Assembly: GCF_009834535.1 (NCBI RefSeq)
Contig: NC_045696.1
Span: 48,486,001-48,550,000, forward strand
Origin: Camelus ferus
Lineage: Eukaryota
Direction: 5' to 3'
Length of the DNA: 64,000 nt
This document shows positions 51,301-64,000 of the stretch, one piece after another (the first letter of the stretch is position 1; every line of letters starts with the position of its first letter). Under the pieces are notes generated by a model. The model did no database searches and was not told where the DNA came from. It was given only the letters and a program-made list of their open reading frames with translations. Position numbers and translations under genes: made by a program.

Positions 51301-52009
51301 TAAGAGTAAAAACATGAACTGACACATAATATAACCACTACGCTAGTTCTCCATGATTTTAAGCTATAAAATGAACATTGCCATTGGATTCATCATCATC
51401 AACATGTAGTAGATGTGGGAAAAATGGGTTATTTTGCCAGCCAGAGGTTGTTTGAACCTCTTCTTTCTTAATATACTAAAGGTGTCCGATCTTGACTTGA
51501 TTTCGTTTGTTACACATAATACATTTGAAAAGGTATCAGTTTTGACAAATGATTAATGCATTGAAATTATTAAGAATAATACAATGAATGTATGGGGAGT
51601 AAATTATTCTTTTCTATAAGTTGTATGAACACGGACAAGACGTTTTACAGCTTTCTGGCTTGGTTTTCTCACCTACATTAAGTAACAGTTGGATTTTGCT
51701 GATTGCCTGGGTGCTTTCCACATCTAAAAATTTATCACTCAGTAAGTTCACATTACTTTTTCAGGGAGTTCACAAATATGTTGCTCTGATGAAGTACTAA
51801 TTTACAAAATAATATTTTATACACTTAAATATTGTATTCTTTACAAAATGGAAGTTGGGTCTTATATGATGGAATTAGTGACAGTAATAAAATTGTTATG
51901 TACGTGGCAATAGATAAGTTCTGTCAGTCCCTTAAACCATTGTTTTGGGAAGGATGGGATGGAAACCCTGGGAAAAAAGAATTATGCCAGCCTAGTTAAA
52001 AACATAAAC

Positions 52010-52720
52010 TGAAACCACAAGAACTCAATCTCAGCCCTGATTCTTCTACTTACTAGCCTGTGGCCTTGGGCAAGTTACTTATCTGTGCTTCAATTTCCTT
52101 ATCTGTTCAGTGGGCCAATGGTAGCTCATATTTTTACTGGGTCTATGCGCAAAACAAGAAACTTTACAAATAAAATGTGTTTAAAACAGCATCTATTATG
52201 TAACAGGCAATCAATTAATATTAGCAACAGTATTATTAATATTTAGAATATTTATTTATGTGTCTCTAATAGCAACTCAGTGATGTCATTTTTACTATCC
52301 TCATATAAATGAAGAAACTGAGAATCGGAAACCTTATGTAACTTACCCAAAGGTCACACAAATTGAAAGTTGCAGAGTGAAGATTTAAAGCCAGTCCTTT
52401 TGGGCTTAAATCTTCCTTCCCTACATCAAGTGGAACATACTGCCCCCCCTGTTTTCTCTTGTTATCCTACCTGCCCCTCCTCTAATCCATGCAGAATTTT
52501 CCACTGGTAGTTGTGCTGGTAAATTATTTAAACCTGTGGACTTTCCTTCATGAATTTAAAATTTGAATCTTTATAAGAGACTTCAAGGATTATTCTCTAT
52601 ATTTTATTTATAGACAAGGAAACTGTGATCCAGAAAGGTTAAGAGACAATCCTTGTGGCCATGATGGTAGTTAGTGACCAGCTCAAGACTAGAACTTAGG
52701 TCTCCTCACTTCCTGTTCAT
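52010..52720. mobile_element. Cluster of three MIR relics (one +, two -)
   Basis: cttactagcctgtggccttgggcaagttactt (+); gaagaaactgagaatcgg..gtaacttacccaaaggtcacaca (-); gacaaggaaactgtgatccagaaaggttaag (-). Confidence 0.75.
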
Positions 52721-52943
52721 TGCTTTTTCCTCTTATGATTTTATTATTATCTAATCTATATAGATTACTATTCAGGACATTTCAACTTCCATTCAAAATC
52801 AGAGATGTTTGTTTATGACGCTTCAGATGAATCAATACAATGATGCTTTGGTCTGATAGTTCTTTTTTCCAAGTCAGACCCTAAATGATTATGTATTTTT
52901 ATCCTTGAACACTTATGTCTGATTTTTATATTTGTATTTATTT

Positions 52944-53295
52944 ATTTTAATAAGCTGAATTTTTTAGAGAAGATTTAGATTCATGGCAAAGTAAGTGTAG
53001 AGTTCAGAGTTCCTATAGACACCCTGCTGCCACGCATATATAGCCCCTCCCCCTGTCAACACCCCCCCAAAGAGTGGACATTTGTTAAAATTTACATTGA
53101 CTTACATTGACAAAATCATCACCCAAAGTCTATAGATGACAATAGAGTTTATTGTCGGTGTTTTTTACATCCTATGGGTTTTGACAAATGTATAATGACA
53201 AGTACCCATTATAGTATCACGCAGAATAATTTCACTGCTCTAAAAGTCCTCTGTGCTCCACCTATTCATCCTTCCCTTCCTCCCCTAGCCCCTAG
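52944..53295 (-). mobile_element. L1MC-type 3' end
   Basis: Antisense L1MC 3' UTR (tcatcacccaaagtc, ctatgggttttgacaaatgtataatgac, cctctgtgctccacctattcatcc). Candidate 13-bp TSD tttgtatttattt at 52931-52943 and 53296-53308. Confidence 0.85.
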
Positions 53296-53644
53296 TTTGT
53301 ATTTATTTTAACCATCCCTTTTGCCCTTTACTTTGCCCTAAGGAAAAAAAAATTCTGATTTTTCTTACAATGTGTGCATGCATCTTACATCTTAGTGCGT
53401 GCAGGTGTTCCTCATTTTCTGAAGAGCAATTGCTTGGCTTGTTCAGAAATGACACACTACTTGGCATGGTTTGACATTATTAGTTGGGATACTTCAGGAT
53501 AACTTTTGTGAGAATTATGAATTCATTTATGCTAATAAACTGATTAATAAGCATTTATTAAACAAGTACCCCCGTAGTTAATATATTGATAGATGGTTGC
53601 AGTGTCCAGATTGACTGTAGCCCCAGAATAGGTGCAGACGGTCA

Positions 53645-54147
53645 CGAGGTAGGCAGAATAATAAATTTCTGAAGATGTCCATATCTTCTGGAACCTGTGA
53701 ATACATTACCTTACATGGCGAAGGAGATTTTGCAACTGTGATTAAGGACATACACCTTGAAATAGGGGGATGGTACTGAGTTACTCCAGTGCCCTCGGTT
53801 TAATCACAATAGTCCTTAAGAGCAGAGATTGTCCAGCTCTGTTCAGAGCAACACGTGGCTAAGAAAGAATGGTCAGAGAGAGGTGATGGTGCTGGCTTTG
53901 AAAATGGAGGAAGGGGCTCTGAGCCAAGACAAAAGAAGCTGGAAAAGGAAAAGAAGTGAATTTTCTAGAGCTGACTGCCAGGGAGGAACACAGCCCCACT
54001 GACACCTTAATTTTAGCCTATTGAGACCAATGTTGGACTCGTGACCCACAGAACTGTAAGATAGTACATTTGTGTTATCTTACGCCACTGTGTGTGGGAG
54101 AATAGAATTTATTCTGTTCACATTGACAAGCAATAGGAAACTAATTC
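53645..54147 (+). mobile_element. MaLR LTR (MLT1D-like)
   Basis: ggcagaataa..gaacctgtgaata..ccttacatggc..ttgaaaatggaggaagggg..gacaccttaattttagcc..gaactgtaagata..gcaataggaaactaat. Confidence 0.85.
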
Positions 54148-54891
54148 AGGTCAGAAAATATTATCCTTTGAATTTGAAATGCAATATAGACATCAGTGCA
54201 TGTTTTCACAAGTTCTCTTGCTATTGTGGGCATGTTTCTCTTTCTTACCACTCTCAGTAATAACTGAAACATGAGACAGTCATGCCAGCATTTTTACTGT
54301 GGGGCTATCTGAACAGTAATTTCATTAGCAAAGTAAGCAGTATAACAAACCTGGCTCCTTAATTTGTATAGTGGAACACATTTACAAATAATTGTCATTG
54401 TCTCAAAGTATGGATGTCCTTTGTCTTGCCAACGGTTATTTTAAGTTTTGAGAGGTGGTTTTCTTTTTCCGAACTCCCCTTGAGGGTGCCCTTCCTAATC
54501 CATCTAGAATCTACAGAGCTCTCTGCCATCCATGGAGTATCTTCAGCTATGAGTTTAGCAATCTCTGCACTTTTCATAAATTGAATGGAGGAGAAAAAGA
54601 GCGGTAAGTTTTTCTTTTTCTATAAACAAAGTTACCTTTTTCTTCCCCTCTAAGTGTGTTGCCATCTTCATCTCTCTGTTTTCCTCTGTCCAGTTTTGAC
54701 TTTGATCTCTGAGGTATCGCTGTCTGCCATTTTGCCAGATCTTTCTCCTTTGTTACCCTTTATAATTGTGTGCAGTTGCAGGTGAGTGGCTATGTTGCAG
54801 GCTCACTTAATACAGAGCAGCTCGACTGCACCAATGACATAAAAGAGATGGAGGACCAGGTGAGCTCCGGATCATGTACTGATAAGGAAGA

Positions 54892-55320
54892 TGTTTTGGG
54901 TTGAAATATGTACCTCTCCAAATTCATATTTTAAAGTCCTAACCCCAAGAACCTCAGAATAGGATCCTATTTGGAAATGGGGTCACTGCAGATGTAAATT
55001 AACTAAGATGAGTCATACTGGAATAGAGTGGGCCCCCGATCTGCTATGGCTAGTATCCTTATGAAAAGGACACGTTTGAACCCACACGCACACAGGGAGA
55101 ACACCGTGTGAAATCTGCAGTTACGCTCGTGTGAACAAAGGGGTCACTGGAAGCTAGGAGAGAGGCTTAGATTCTTTCCTAGCACCTTCAGAGAGAGCGT
55201 GGCCCTGCTGACGCCTTGATCTCAGACTTCTAGCCTCCGGAACCACTGAGACATACATTGCTGTCATTTAAGCCAATCAGTTTATGGTACTTTGTTATGG
55301 AAGCCCTAGCAAATTAAGGA
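54892..55320 (+). mobile_element. MaLR LTR (MLT1A/B-like)
   Basis: tgttttgggttgaa..aaattcatattttaaagtcctaaccccaa..gcaccttcagagagagcgtggccctgctgacgccttgatctcagacttctagcctcc..tttgttatggaagccctagcaaa. Confidence 0.9.
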
Positions 55321-56066
55321 CGAAGGTCCTATAAACTCCCCACTCATTCATGTGACCTCTAACACAAGGGCACCCATTGTTGCCCTCCCAACTCCACAGC
55401 ATCTAGAAGGGGAAGAATTTCTTGTTTCAAGTTCCCTCCATTAGTCAGCCCCCGCCCCTCAGTCTCTGCCTCTTAGAGGCACATATTCAACTTTCCTCAG
55501 GACATTTGGCCTTGACTCCTCCAGACCTTCTTTCTGGAGTCCACAGCCTCTCTAAATGATGGCAGCACACAAGATCTTCACAGAATCCTTAATATCTAAA
55601 TATGTTTGACTTATTTAGATGCAGTAATTAAGTGGCTAGTTAACACTATTAAGTAGTGTTATATGGGAACACATTTTTACCAGCAACTCCTCTGAGATAA
55701 TTGCACTGAGCAAAGAATAGACCAGCGCTGTGGCTATCCATAAAACTAAAGGAAAAGAATTCAATAATTTGTACCTCACATCAAGCCTCATTAACCTATT
55801 TACAGTGTAACTATACATTGTATCCTAAAAGATATGTTGCTAACCATAAGTATAAAAAAGCAGCAGAGAAACTAGATCTTCTGGTTATGAAGAAAAGGGA
55901 AGAACAAAGGCTGGAAAAGGAAAATGATGTTATGCAATTGAGTCAGTACTGAAAATGAAAGAAGAGTGCTAGATTTTTAGATATTGAGTCTTTTCATTTA
56001 AGAACACTAAGCAAATTTCTAGCTTTTCATGACTAGTTCCAAAAAATCAAACAGAAGCCATTTTAA

Positions 56067-56253
56067 TTTTTTTGCTTTTTCAGTTTTATTAGGTGGAATT
56101 ATTACAGTTTGATTACACATATACATTATATTGCATGTAAATACATATATACAATATATTGCACTTCTTAAATTTACATATATGTACTGATCATCGTTTC
56201 TAAGAACAGATTAGAGCTTTAGCTTTTTAAACTTACACAGTTATCAAAGGAAT
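56067..56253 (-). other. 187-bp retroposed polyadenylated fragment of unknown origin (truncated processed pseudogene 3'UTR or orphan transduction)
   Basis: Perfect 13-bp direct repeat gaagccattttaa at 56054-56066 and 56254-56266. T-tract at 56067-56073, antisense AATAAA (tttatt, 56085-56090), and TT/AAAA target context on the minus strand. Confidence 0.7.
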
Positions 56254-56674
56254 GAAGCCATTTTAACTTTAACTGACTTCTAAGCTTCTTTCATTCTCAC
56301 CCATATTAACCCAATATTTTCACGCCTAAACATTTGCAAGTCAGAAATCTAGACTCATATTTAACCCTCCAACTTTTCCTCCCTTAGTCACACCCCAACA
56401 CCACCAAATCCACCAGGAAGTCCAATTCTTTGTCTCATCCATTTCTCTTCATCCGCACTACCTCTGCTCTCCTCCAAGCTACTATTTTATTTCCTTTGGA
56501 TATTCTGTTGTCTTCCTCAGCTGGTTTCTTTGGTCCCACTCCTTCCCATCTATAAAGAATCTATCCTCCTTACAGCAACAGACTCATTTTTTAAAAATTG
56601 ACTGATATCAGTCCCCCGCGTAAACATACACTGAACAAACCCATCTCGTGCTTTCTCTGTAGGATGACAAAACC

Positions 56675-56960
56675 AAGAGCCTACAGGGACAAGAAGGAAG
56701 TAAATAAAGTAGAATGGAGGTGAGACAGTGTGGAATAATAGACACTGTGGCCAAGTGGAACATGACTGCCCTATCTACATGGCATGACTTTTGTGGATAA
56801 AAGTGGGGTCATTGTTGCCACATGATCTGGTATTTGAAGAGAAGCTTTAAATCCACAATTTTATGTAAAATCTCCTAATTTTTGAATATTGAAAAGGATT
56901 CAATTTCTTTTCCAAAATACTGTGCAAGCCAAATAAAACACATATGTGGATCAGTTCTAA
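56675..56960. mobile_element. MER102-like hAT-Charlie element
   Basis: gttgccacatgatctgg..gaagagaagc..aaatccacaattttatgtaaaatctcctaatttttgaa..aaaatactgtgcaagccaaataaaacacat resembles the recalled MER102 consensus. Confidence 0.65.
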
Positions 56961-57059
56961 TACCTCAGCCAAGACTTAGCACCTCTGCCCTGTGCGGGGT
57001 TGGAATCACCCTCACTCAGTAGTCGTTCACCAGGGGTGGTGTTTGTGTGCATGACTGTG

Positions 57060-57248
57060 TGAGGAGAGGCAATCCAGTCCCTTCCCTGCTGCCCCTCCCC
57101 CCGCCAGGTGTGGGCAACAGAGGGTTGTATTGTCTGCAGGTAACTCGATAATGAGACCAACTCAATCTGCTTTTTGTTGTCATGCACCAGCAATGCCCTC
57201 CCCTCCAGGACAGACCAATCCTACACCTCTCCACCTTGGTGTCCCCCT
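57060..57248. mobile_element. Arthur1/MER69-like hAT-Tip100 fragment
   Basis: caggtgtgggcaacagagggttgtattgtctgcag..tctgctttttgttgtcatgcaccagcaat..caggacagacc..ccttggtg resembles the recalled Arthur1A consensus. Confidence 0.55.
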
Positions 57249-59309
57249 TTTCCTCACCGCGTGGCATACCTTCCTGTCACTCACTCATCATGCTCCAGTC
57301 TCATGATTTTCTTCCTGTAACTCGTAGAAACTAACCTCTTCTTTTACAGGAACTTTGTAATTGTGATAACATTGCAACTAGAATGTTCTTTTTACTCTCC
57401 AAATATTGACTTGCCCTTATTTTTCAGATTGCAGCTTAAATTTGTTTTCTTCAGTAAGACTTTTCTCAATCACACGTTAACTCCCTCAGTGATTCTGTTT
57501 ACATCACCGTGTTTTATCCTGTTACGTTCACACTGTTTGAAATTATTTTGTTTATTTGTTTTATTTTGTATTGTCTCCCTCACCATCTCTCCCATCCCCA
57601 TTCATGCTGGAATGTGCATTCAATGGGAGGATTGAGAATAGAAATCTTATCTTTTTAAATATTCACTGATTTACCTCCAGGTGACTAATGCATTGCCTGG
57701 TAGATAGTTGGCCAATAAATATTTCTGAAATGAATGCAAATGTTAATAGTCCCAAAGATCAACCTAAACTATATGTAAAAACATATGTATTAGGGAAGGC
57801 AACTTTGGTACAGTTTACCATGTGGCCTGGATGAGTCTCTCTGGAAGTTATTACATTTTATTCTGATGAATGGGGTTCCCATGCTGGTTTCATGTAATAT
57901 ATGAAAAAAATTATAAAATCACATTATCAAGTGGTGAAAATGCATGCATACATTTGATCTCAGAGCATGCAAATCCATAGGACTTCAGTAATGTTGAAAT
58001 TGTTGCTTCATTATCCATCAGAGTTAATAGGGCAAAGTAAAGCTATTGTTCACCAAAAAGTGGTAGTGAAATTCTTTCAAATTTTAAAAAAAATTCTAAG
58101 TGATTACCCTCACCTCACCTATTCCTTTTTGATTTCTATAAAATGTAGATGTGACTAATATAGAAAGTTTAATCATCTCCACAGTATTAGTGTTTATCTT
58201 AACATAAGAATTTAAATTTGCCTTTTTTGTTTCATAGCTGTTTTGATTGGAGATCAATAATAAATGTCAAAAATAATTGAAACTCTAGATATATTCGCTA
58301 GGCATCAAAGCCAATTTTATTATTCCTTAACATGTTCAAAGTGCTGTATTTTGCAAAAATAGTTTTGTGTGGTATAATAATAAATATTTTCATAGGCAAA
58401 ATGTCATAGGTACAGCTTGAGAATTACAGTGTAGTTTTGTTAATAATATTTTTATTCCAGTATTACAGTAATGGTGAGTCCCTAGTGAAACCGTCTCATA
58501 AGACAGAAGAAACCTACAGTGACACATAGGCAGGAGCCTGTATTTGAGATTTGGTGCTTCTCTGGTCTAGCCCAAATTCTCAGAAATAGCTTGACAATAA
58601 TATTTCACAAGAAAATGCTGAACAGTATGAAAGAAGCAGGAGGGCATGAATTCATGTGGCATGTCTCTAATTGCATCGGGTCTCTTCTTTTTGAGCCAAA
58701 GCCAATTTGTAATTATTCTTCTGTATTTCAGCTCTATGTTTGTTTTCCCCTGTTTACTCTCTCTTTAGGTCCTTCCTGCCCTTACTTTAACTGCTGCTGT
58801 TTTGTTATTATATTTAATAAAGGCTTTTAGATATAATAAATATAAGTTCTTCTAAAATACTTAATGCACCAAAATTCTTACATTTTATTCTTACATGTTT
58901 TTTTTCTAAATTGCACAAAATTCAACTCTGAGACCTCACTTGCCAGTGTCATCAAGAAGTGTGGCCGTTTTGTGGGGGAGATCTTCCCCCACTCAGTGCA
59001 AGAATATGGGACAAGACCTGTGGTCAGTAGTCTGTCATATTCTTGGATGAAATGCTTGTTTTCCAGGTCTAGGTTCAAATATCCTACAGTCGAGCATGGT
59101 GGGTTTTGCTGGAGGTTTCCACACACTCCGTGTTGAGCTCAGCAACAGGGAACATTGCCTTGGTTCCCAAAGTGCAGCTCAAATGCAAGTCTGCCTTTCT
59201 AAACCCTATATTGTTTTTTCTATAGCATGCTCTGCATCTGCTCCTGACCTCCTATAATCTAGGGAATTTGAAAAACAGAACAGTACAAATATGAGTATCA
59301 GTGTCTAAA

Positions 59310-59600
59310 CAGAGCTTCTCCAGTGTGTTCCATGGAGAGCTGCTTCTCGTCCTTCATAGATGTTGCCTTCAGAAATGTTCTGTTTACCAAGTAAGTGCAG
59401 GAAATATTGGAAGTCTTGGATTAAACCGATGTAAAGAGATTTCTTCACGGTAGTATCCTCTGTACAGTAATCCTGCATTTGAAATCTCCAAGAGGAGAAG
59501 ATAGTGAACATTCCCTGAAATTTTGTGACCACCAAATACTTTTTCTTTTAAATCATATTTAACTAGTTTTTATAGAATCCCCTTTGGGATTCTCTAAAAT
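59310..59600. mobile_element. MER103-like hAT-Charlie fossil
   Basis: ggattaaac..gatttcttcac..gaaatctccaagaggagaagatagt..cattccctgaaattttgtgaccac resembles the recalled MER103C consensus. Confidence 0.55.
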
Positions 59601-60724
59601 AGTATAATTGCATGATTTTGAAATATAAGAACAATTGCACATTTTTTTAAAGAAACAGGTAGCAGAACAGGATCTGAGGACCAGAACTGAACAAGCCCCA
59701 CAGTGATTCCTATGCCTGTTAAGCTTCTATAATCCTAGGCTCTTATTTGCCAGGGAGACTTTAATCGATGGGAAGTAGAAGTCTTTCCTTAGAGTCCATC
59801 ACTCATGCTTGTTTATATATAATGCCTCACTCTGAGAAAAGAAAAAGAGAAGTTTTATACCTTACCTCCTGATTGTCAATAGAGGTCAACCCCAACAAAC
59901 ACACATGCACTCAGAGACCAGAACACTCCCTCACTTGGGGCTAGAGAGAACTGAAAAATGGATTCAAACTGAGACTTCTTCCTTCTTGAGCTGAGAGGAA
60001 AAAATGAGTCACAATAGCATCAACAGAGGGGTGATCGTTTCTAGAAGGCAGCCTGGAAGACTGACACCACATACGTCAGTAGACTAGATCATCAGCAATC
60101 ATCTTTTTTTCTTTTTTTAAGGCATAAGCGATTGGCAGATGAATATGATGTAATTTAATGTCCAGGGTTCTCTGTGCAGTAACCAAAAAGCCTCAATGAT
60201 ATTGGGGTGGGGTGGGGGGCTGACTCAAATAGAAGTCCAGAAATTATCATTTATGCATTTACTTATTTATAAAATATAGACCATCAGTCAGTGGAGCTTA
60301 ATGGCTGCCCATATCAACATTGGGAGAATGACAAGTTGTCTAGTCATTTAATCCACTGACAAAACAAACCTTCACCAAATGCCCTTTAAAATGAGACCTG
60401 GTGAACTACACACAGATTTGTACTCGCAACATGATTTGACTGCAAGATACACAAACGAATGCAGTACCTTAGTTAAATGTGACATAAAAATGATCTTTTC
60501 AAAAAGGTCTTTTTTAAAAAAAATGCTAAAAATGTTCAGGTAGATATTTTCCAAGTTGAATAGTTCTGCAACGTGGTAACTTACATGCCCTAATTTTCCT
60601 CTCTAGGCTGAGCTGACACTGCATAAGTGATTTACGGTTAACAAATAGTAAAATGTATAATTACTGCATATGATATTTTACTAGTTGGTATCAAATAAAC
60701 TCCAACAGAGGAGAGCAGGAACTA

Positions 60725-61143
60725 TTTTTAAATTGAAATATAGTTGATTTATGTTATCATGTTAGTACCAGGTGTACAGCATAGTTATTCAGTATCTTTG
60801 CAGATTATACTCCGTAATAGGTTATTACAAGGTAATAATTCCCTATGCTATGTTGTATATCCTTGTTACTTATCTATTTTATACATAGTAGTGGGTATCT
60901 GTTAACCAATACCCCTAATTTGTCCCCACCCCACTCCTTTCTCTCCTTTGGTCACCACAAGTTTGTTTTCTATGTCTGTGGGTCTGTTTCTTATTTGCAT
61001 ATACATTCATTTGTATTACTTTTTTGATTACATACATAAGTAATCTAATATGGTATTTGTCTTTCTCTGACTTATTTCACTAAGCATAATATTCTTTAGG
61101 TCCATCCACATTGCTACAAATGGCAGTATTTCATTCTTTTTTT
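60725..61143 (-). mobile_element. L1 3' end (artiodactyl L1-type)
   Basis: aattgaaatatagttgattt..ggtgtacagcatagttattcagt..ctgacttatttcactaagcataat..ggtccatccacattgctacaaatggc. Confidence 0.9.
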
Positions 61144-63789
61144 GATAACATTTGACTCACCAAAAATCCAAACCTGAGACATGGATTACTAGACTGAGTC
61201 TAGCCAGAGTTCTGAAAATATCTGCAATCGTTTGTGTAACTGAACTCTTCTGCCAGCTATCTTGTTTCTACAGAATGGTAATAATAGTTATCATAGGAAC
61301 CCAGAGGCTGTAAGGATTTGTTTGGCATAAGGCATGACTGAGGGCAGGATGTCTTTGTCAGCTTACCCTCACTCCACTGTTTGCTCTGGGACATGAGCAC
61401 TGACTGCTGTGGACCATCTTATTTTGCTGCTTTCTGAGCAGGGGATTGATGCTGTCACTCAGCTACCAGAGAAGCAAGGAAAGAAGGAGGAAGAGTTACC
61501 AGCCTTGCCATCTGACACTTTCTTTATCTAGAGGTTGGCCTCTAAGGATGCCAAAGTAAATCTGTTTCTTTCTGGTTGGTTTTTGAATGAGTCACTGACT
61601 TCTCCTTTATCTGAATGTATTAGTCAGAATTGATCCAGAGGAAAAGAGGGCTTTTGAAATGGGAACTCTAAGGCTTATTGTTCTTAAGATGATTTTTATG
61701 GATAGGTGTACATTTGTGTTTCATGGATATGTTGGGTCAGTAACAAGGGGTGGAAACAAGAATATAATCTGATAACAACTCAAAAAATACTAGTGTCACA
61801 TTATTTATTATTCCTCACCTTCTTTATTTCCCATAAGAAAAATGAAAATTATGGCATTCACACTAGTCCTGATGAGGACTGAGATCAAGACAAACATGTA
61901 CTTTCTGAGACCTTTGAAATACAATACATAAGCTGACAGCATTCTCTTGAAAAAAATTCCTTCTTAGAAGTTGAAAATTCAGTAAGTGATGCATTTTGAC
62001 TTTTAAAATGGTGAGCTGTAACAATTAAGGTTTTCTACCAACCTTTTCAACCAAGTTGGACTGCTTCCCAGTGTGTTTCCCCTGTTGGAAGAGCAGGGGA
62101 GGCCAGCTATACCTGCGCACTCTTCAGATGCCAGAATACCCCTGACCTGGAGACTTCTGTCCTTGCTTTTGCTGGAATGGCATTTTCTGGGTCATCTAAC
62201 GTGCCCCTTCAAATTTACCAAAATGTCAGCTCTTTGTTGGGGCTATTCCAATGCTACTTTACTTCCCTAGCCACCTTGTTGGGAAACAGCTGGGCAGTGT
62301 TGGCTTTATCCAAATGCATCAAATTGAATATTGAATCAGTAAGGTCTGTAAATGTTTATTACTGAATTCCAGCAGATCTCACAGGATTTAATTCTGCATC
62401 CATGGTAGAGATTCCTCACCCTGTTTCTTAGACTGAGCATGTAGGATTCTGTGTCATTGCATAATATGAACCAGAAGACTGCTCTGCACACCCGATCGAG
62501 TTGTAGCCCCTTTATACACACAGGGCTTTTTATGTTCCTGACGAAGTGTACTAGGTATTCTGGGATCGCTACATTTTTTTCTCCCTCCCAAGGCATACAA
62601 GAATGTCCAGGAGCATTGTAAAATTTCTGCTTGGCAGAAACAAAGCTTCCCTCTGGTTCATGGTTGGTTTGACATTGCCCCACTGCTTGCCTGCTCCTCT
62701 CTGAGAATATCCTCAGTGTGGCAGAACTTCCTAGTTCATATCAAAACCGTGAAGGGGGCTAGTAAAAAGTTCCTTGAAAAAACGAATGATTATAAATGTG
62801 CATAAAATCAGATACGTAATCATACTGTTGTTCTCAATGACAAATATTTTGTTGGAGGCAATAGAGTTTTTATTAAAAAGTTACTTGAGAACCCAGTGCT
62901 TATCATGTTCCTAATTTTTTCTCTTTAAATCAGTTCCTGCAATTTCCACTGAATAGTGCTAGAAAAAGTAAAGAAGACGAGTCAGTGAATAAGGATACCC
63001 TCTCTCTCTTAAGAGAGGCTTATGTGAGATCTTTTCAAGAATCACTAAAACAGAGAGTCATCTTGCTTTTCACAAAAGCATATTTTTGTTTTTCATCTGC
63101 TTTATCAAGGAAGCAGTGAGCTTTGGAAGTGATTTGCAGTATGCTTCTGGTGAATAATAAAACCTCTTCTTTCTCTTTTCTCTCTCTTTCTCTGTCATAA
63201 TGACGAACATTTTGACACCATTCTGCAAATTATGGAAAATAATCAGAAAGGGAAAACAGAGACACTGTGTGACACTGTCAAAACTCCCTGGGCATTTCAG
63301 ATTTCTGCTCTGCATGAAGGAGTGTGTATTTATCTAATTTCACACTTGGATAGTGAATCATTAATCCAGAATGAAAATGGACGTCCTGCTTCTCAGGATT
63401 CCGCCTCTCTTTTAAAGTAGCCAATCAAATAGCTTAATTTTTCATCACTTAAGCAAAGAAAGGATATTTGGAAATTATTTCTTGTACATCTCATTTATCC
63501 ACAAGCCCTCTAATTAGTCCGCATGAAATACGATGCTATTTACATACCTGCCTAACAGAACTGTTTTTATTCCCCCATTTGACCTTCCTTCTCTTACTGT
63601 TTATTCCCAACCACCCCAGCTTCTCTTTTTTTTTTTTTTTTTTTTTGTGGATTTCATTACTATGCTGTTTTCGGGTCTTCTAGAATAATAATTATTTGAA
63701 ATAAGGTAAGCAAGTTTGGCGTCGTTTCCCTTACATAATGAGAAAATGCATAACCAGATGATGGTGCGATGTGTGCTAATAGCTGCCCT

Positions 63790-63965
63790 TCTGTTAAGTG
63801 CTTATTTTTTTTACATGTATCATATTTAACCTTATAATAAGTGCTTGAATAATATAGTTACTGTTTTTCAAATGAATAAAATGATGTTTGCATAACTTCC
63901 CCAAGATCAAAGAGCTAAGCCGTGTTGTATAAGGATTCAAACCCAGTTTTAGCCTCACATGCTGT
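63790..63965 (-). mobile_element. MIR relic
   Basis: cataacttccccaagatcaaagagctaag..ggattcaaacccagttt. Confidence 0.65.
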
Positions 63966-64000
63966 CTTTGAAGTAAGGTAGCTTTCATTTAATAATGATC

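Larger units (their letters stand above)
56300..57740 (+). mobile_element. L2 relic interrupted by DNA transposon fossils
   Basis: Pyrimidine-rich L2 body (catttctcttcatccgcactacctctgctctcctccaagctact) and L2 3' end tgcctggtagatagttggccaataaatatttctgaaatgaatg. Confidence 0.7.

Noticed and set aside
60204..60219. G-rich tract as a G-quadruplex (also 48418-48433)
   Set aside because: Only three separated G-runs, so it does not meet the canonical four-run pattern.
1..64000. CRISPR array, prokaryotic operon or novel multi-gene system
   Set aside because: The sequence is mammalian and repeat-rich; there are no regularly spaced repeat-spacer units and no dense coding regions.

Overview
AT-rich, CpG-depleted mammalian nuclear DNA, very probably camelid (alpaca/camel lineage), based on a Vic-1-type tRNA-derived SINE at ~15.4 kb. 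I found no intact protein-coding gene, RNA gene or CRISPR array. The window looks like gene-poor intergenic or deep-intronic sequence dominated by LINE-1s of several ages, plus L2/CR1/MIR relics, MaLR/ERVL LTRs and hAT DNA-transposon fossils. The only protein-derived segment I can recognise is a processed, frameshifted retrocopy of a diverged cTAGE5/MIA2-family gene (13.58-14.97 kb) that lacks most of the coiled-coil region. Other points of interest are three 5'-inverted L1 insertions (one with an unusually complex templated junction, one with a probable short 3' transduction), a 187-bp orphan polyadenylated insertion with TSDs, local templated-insertion repair footprints, and a possible decayed piggyBac-like transposase at the window start. 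I do not see evidence for a new biological system. Repeat subfamily names come from recalled consensus similarity, not a database search, and old-repeat boundaries are approximate.
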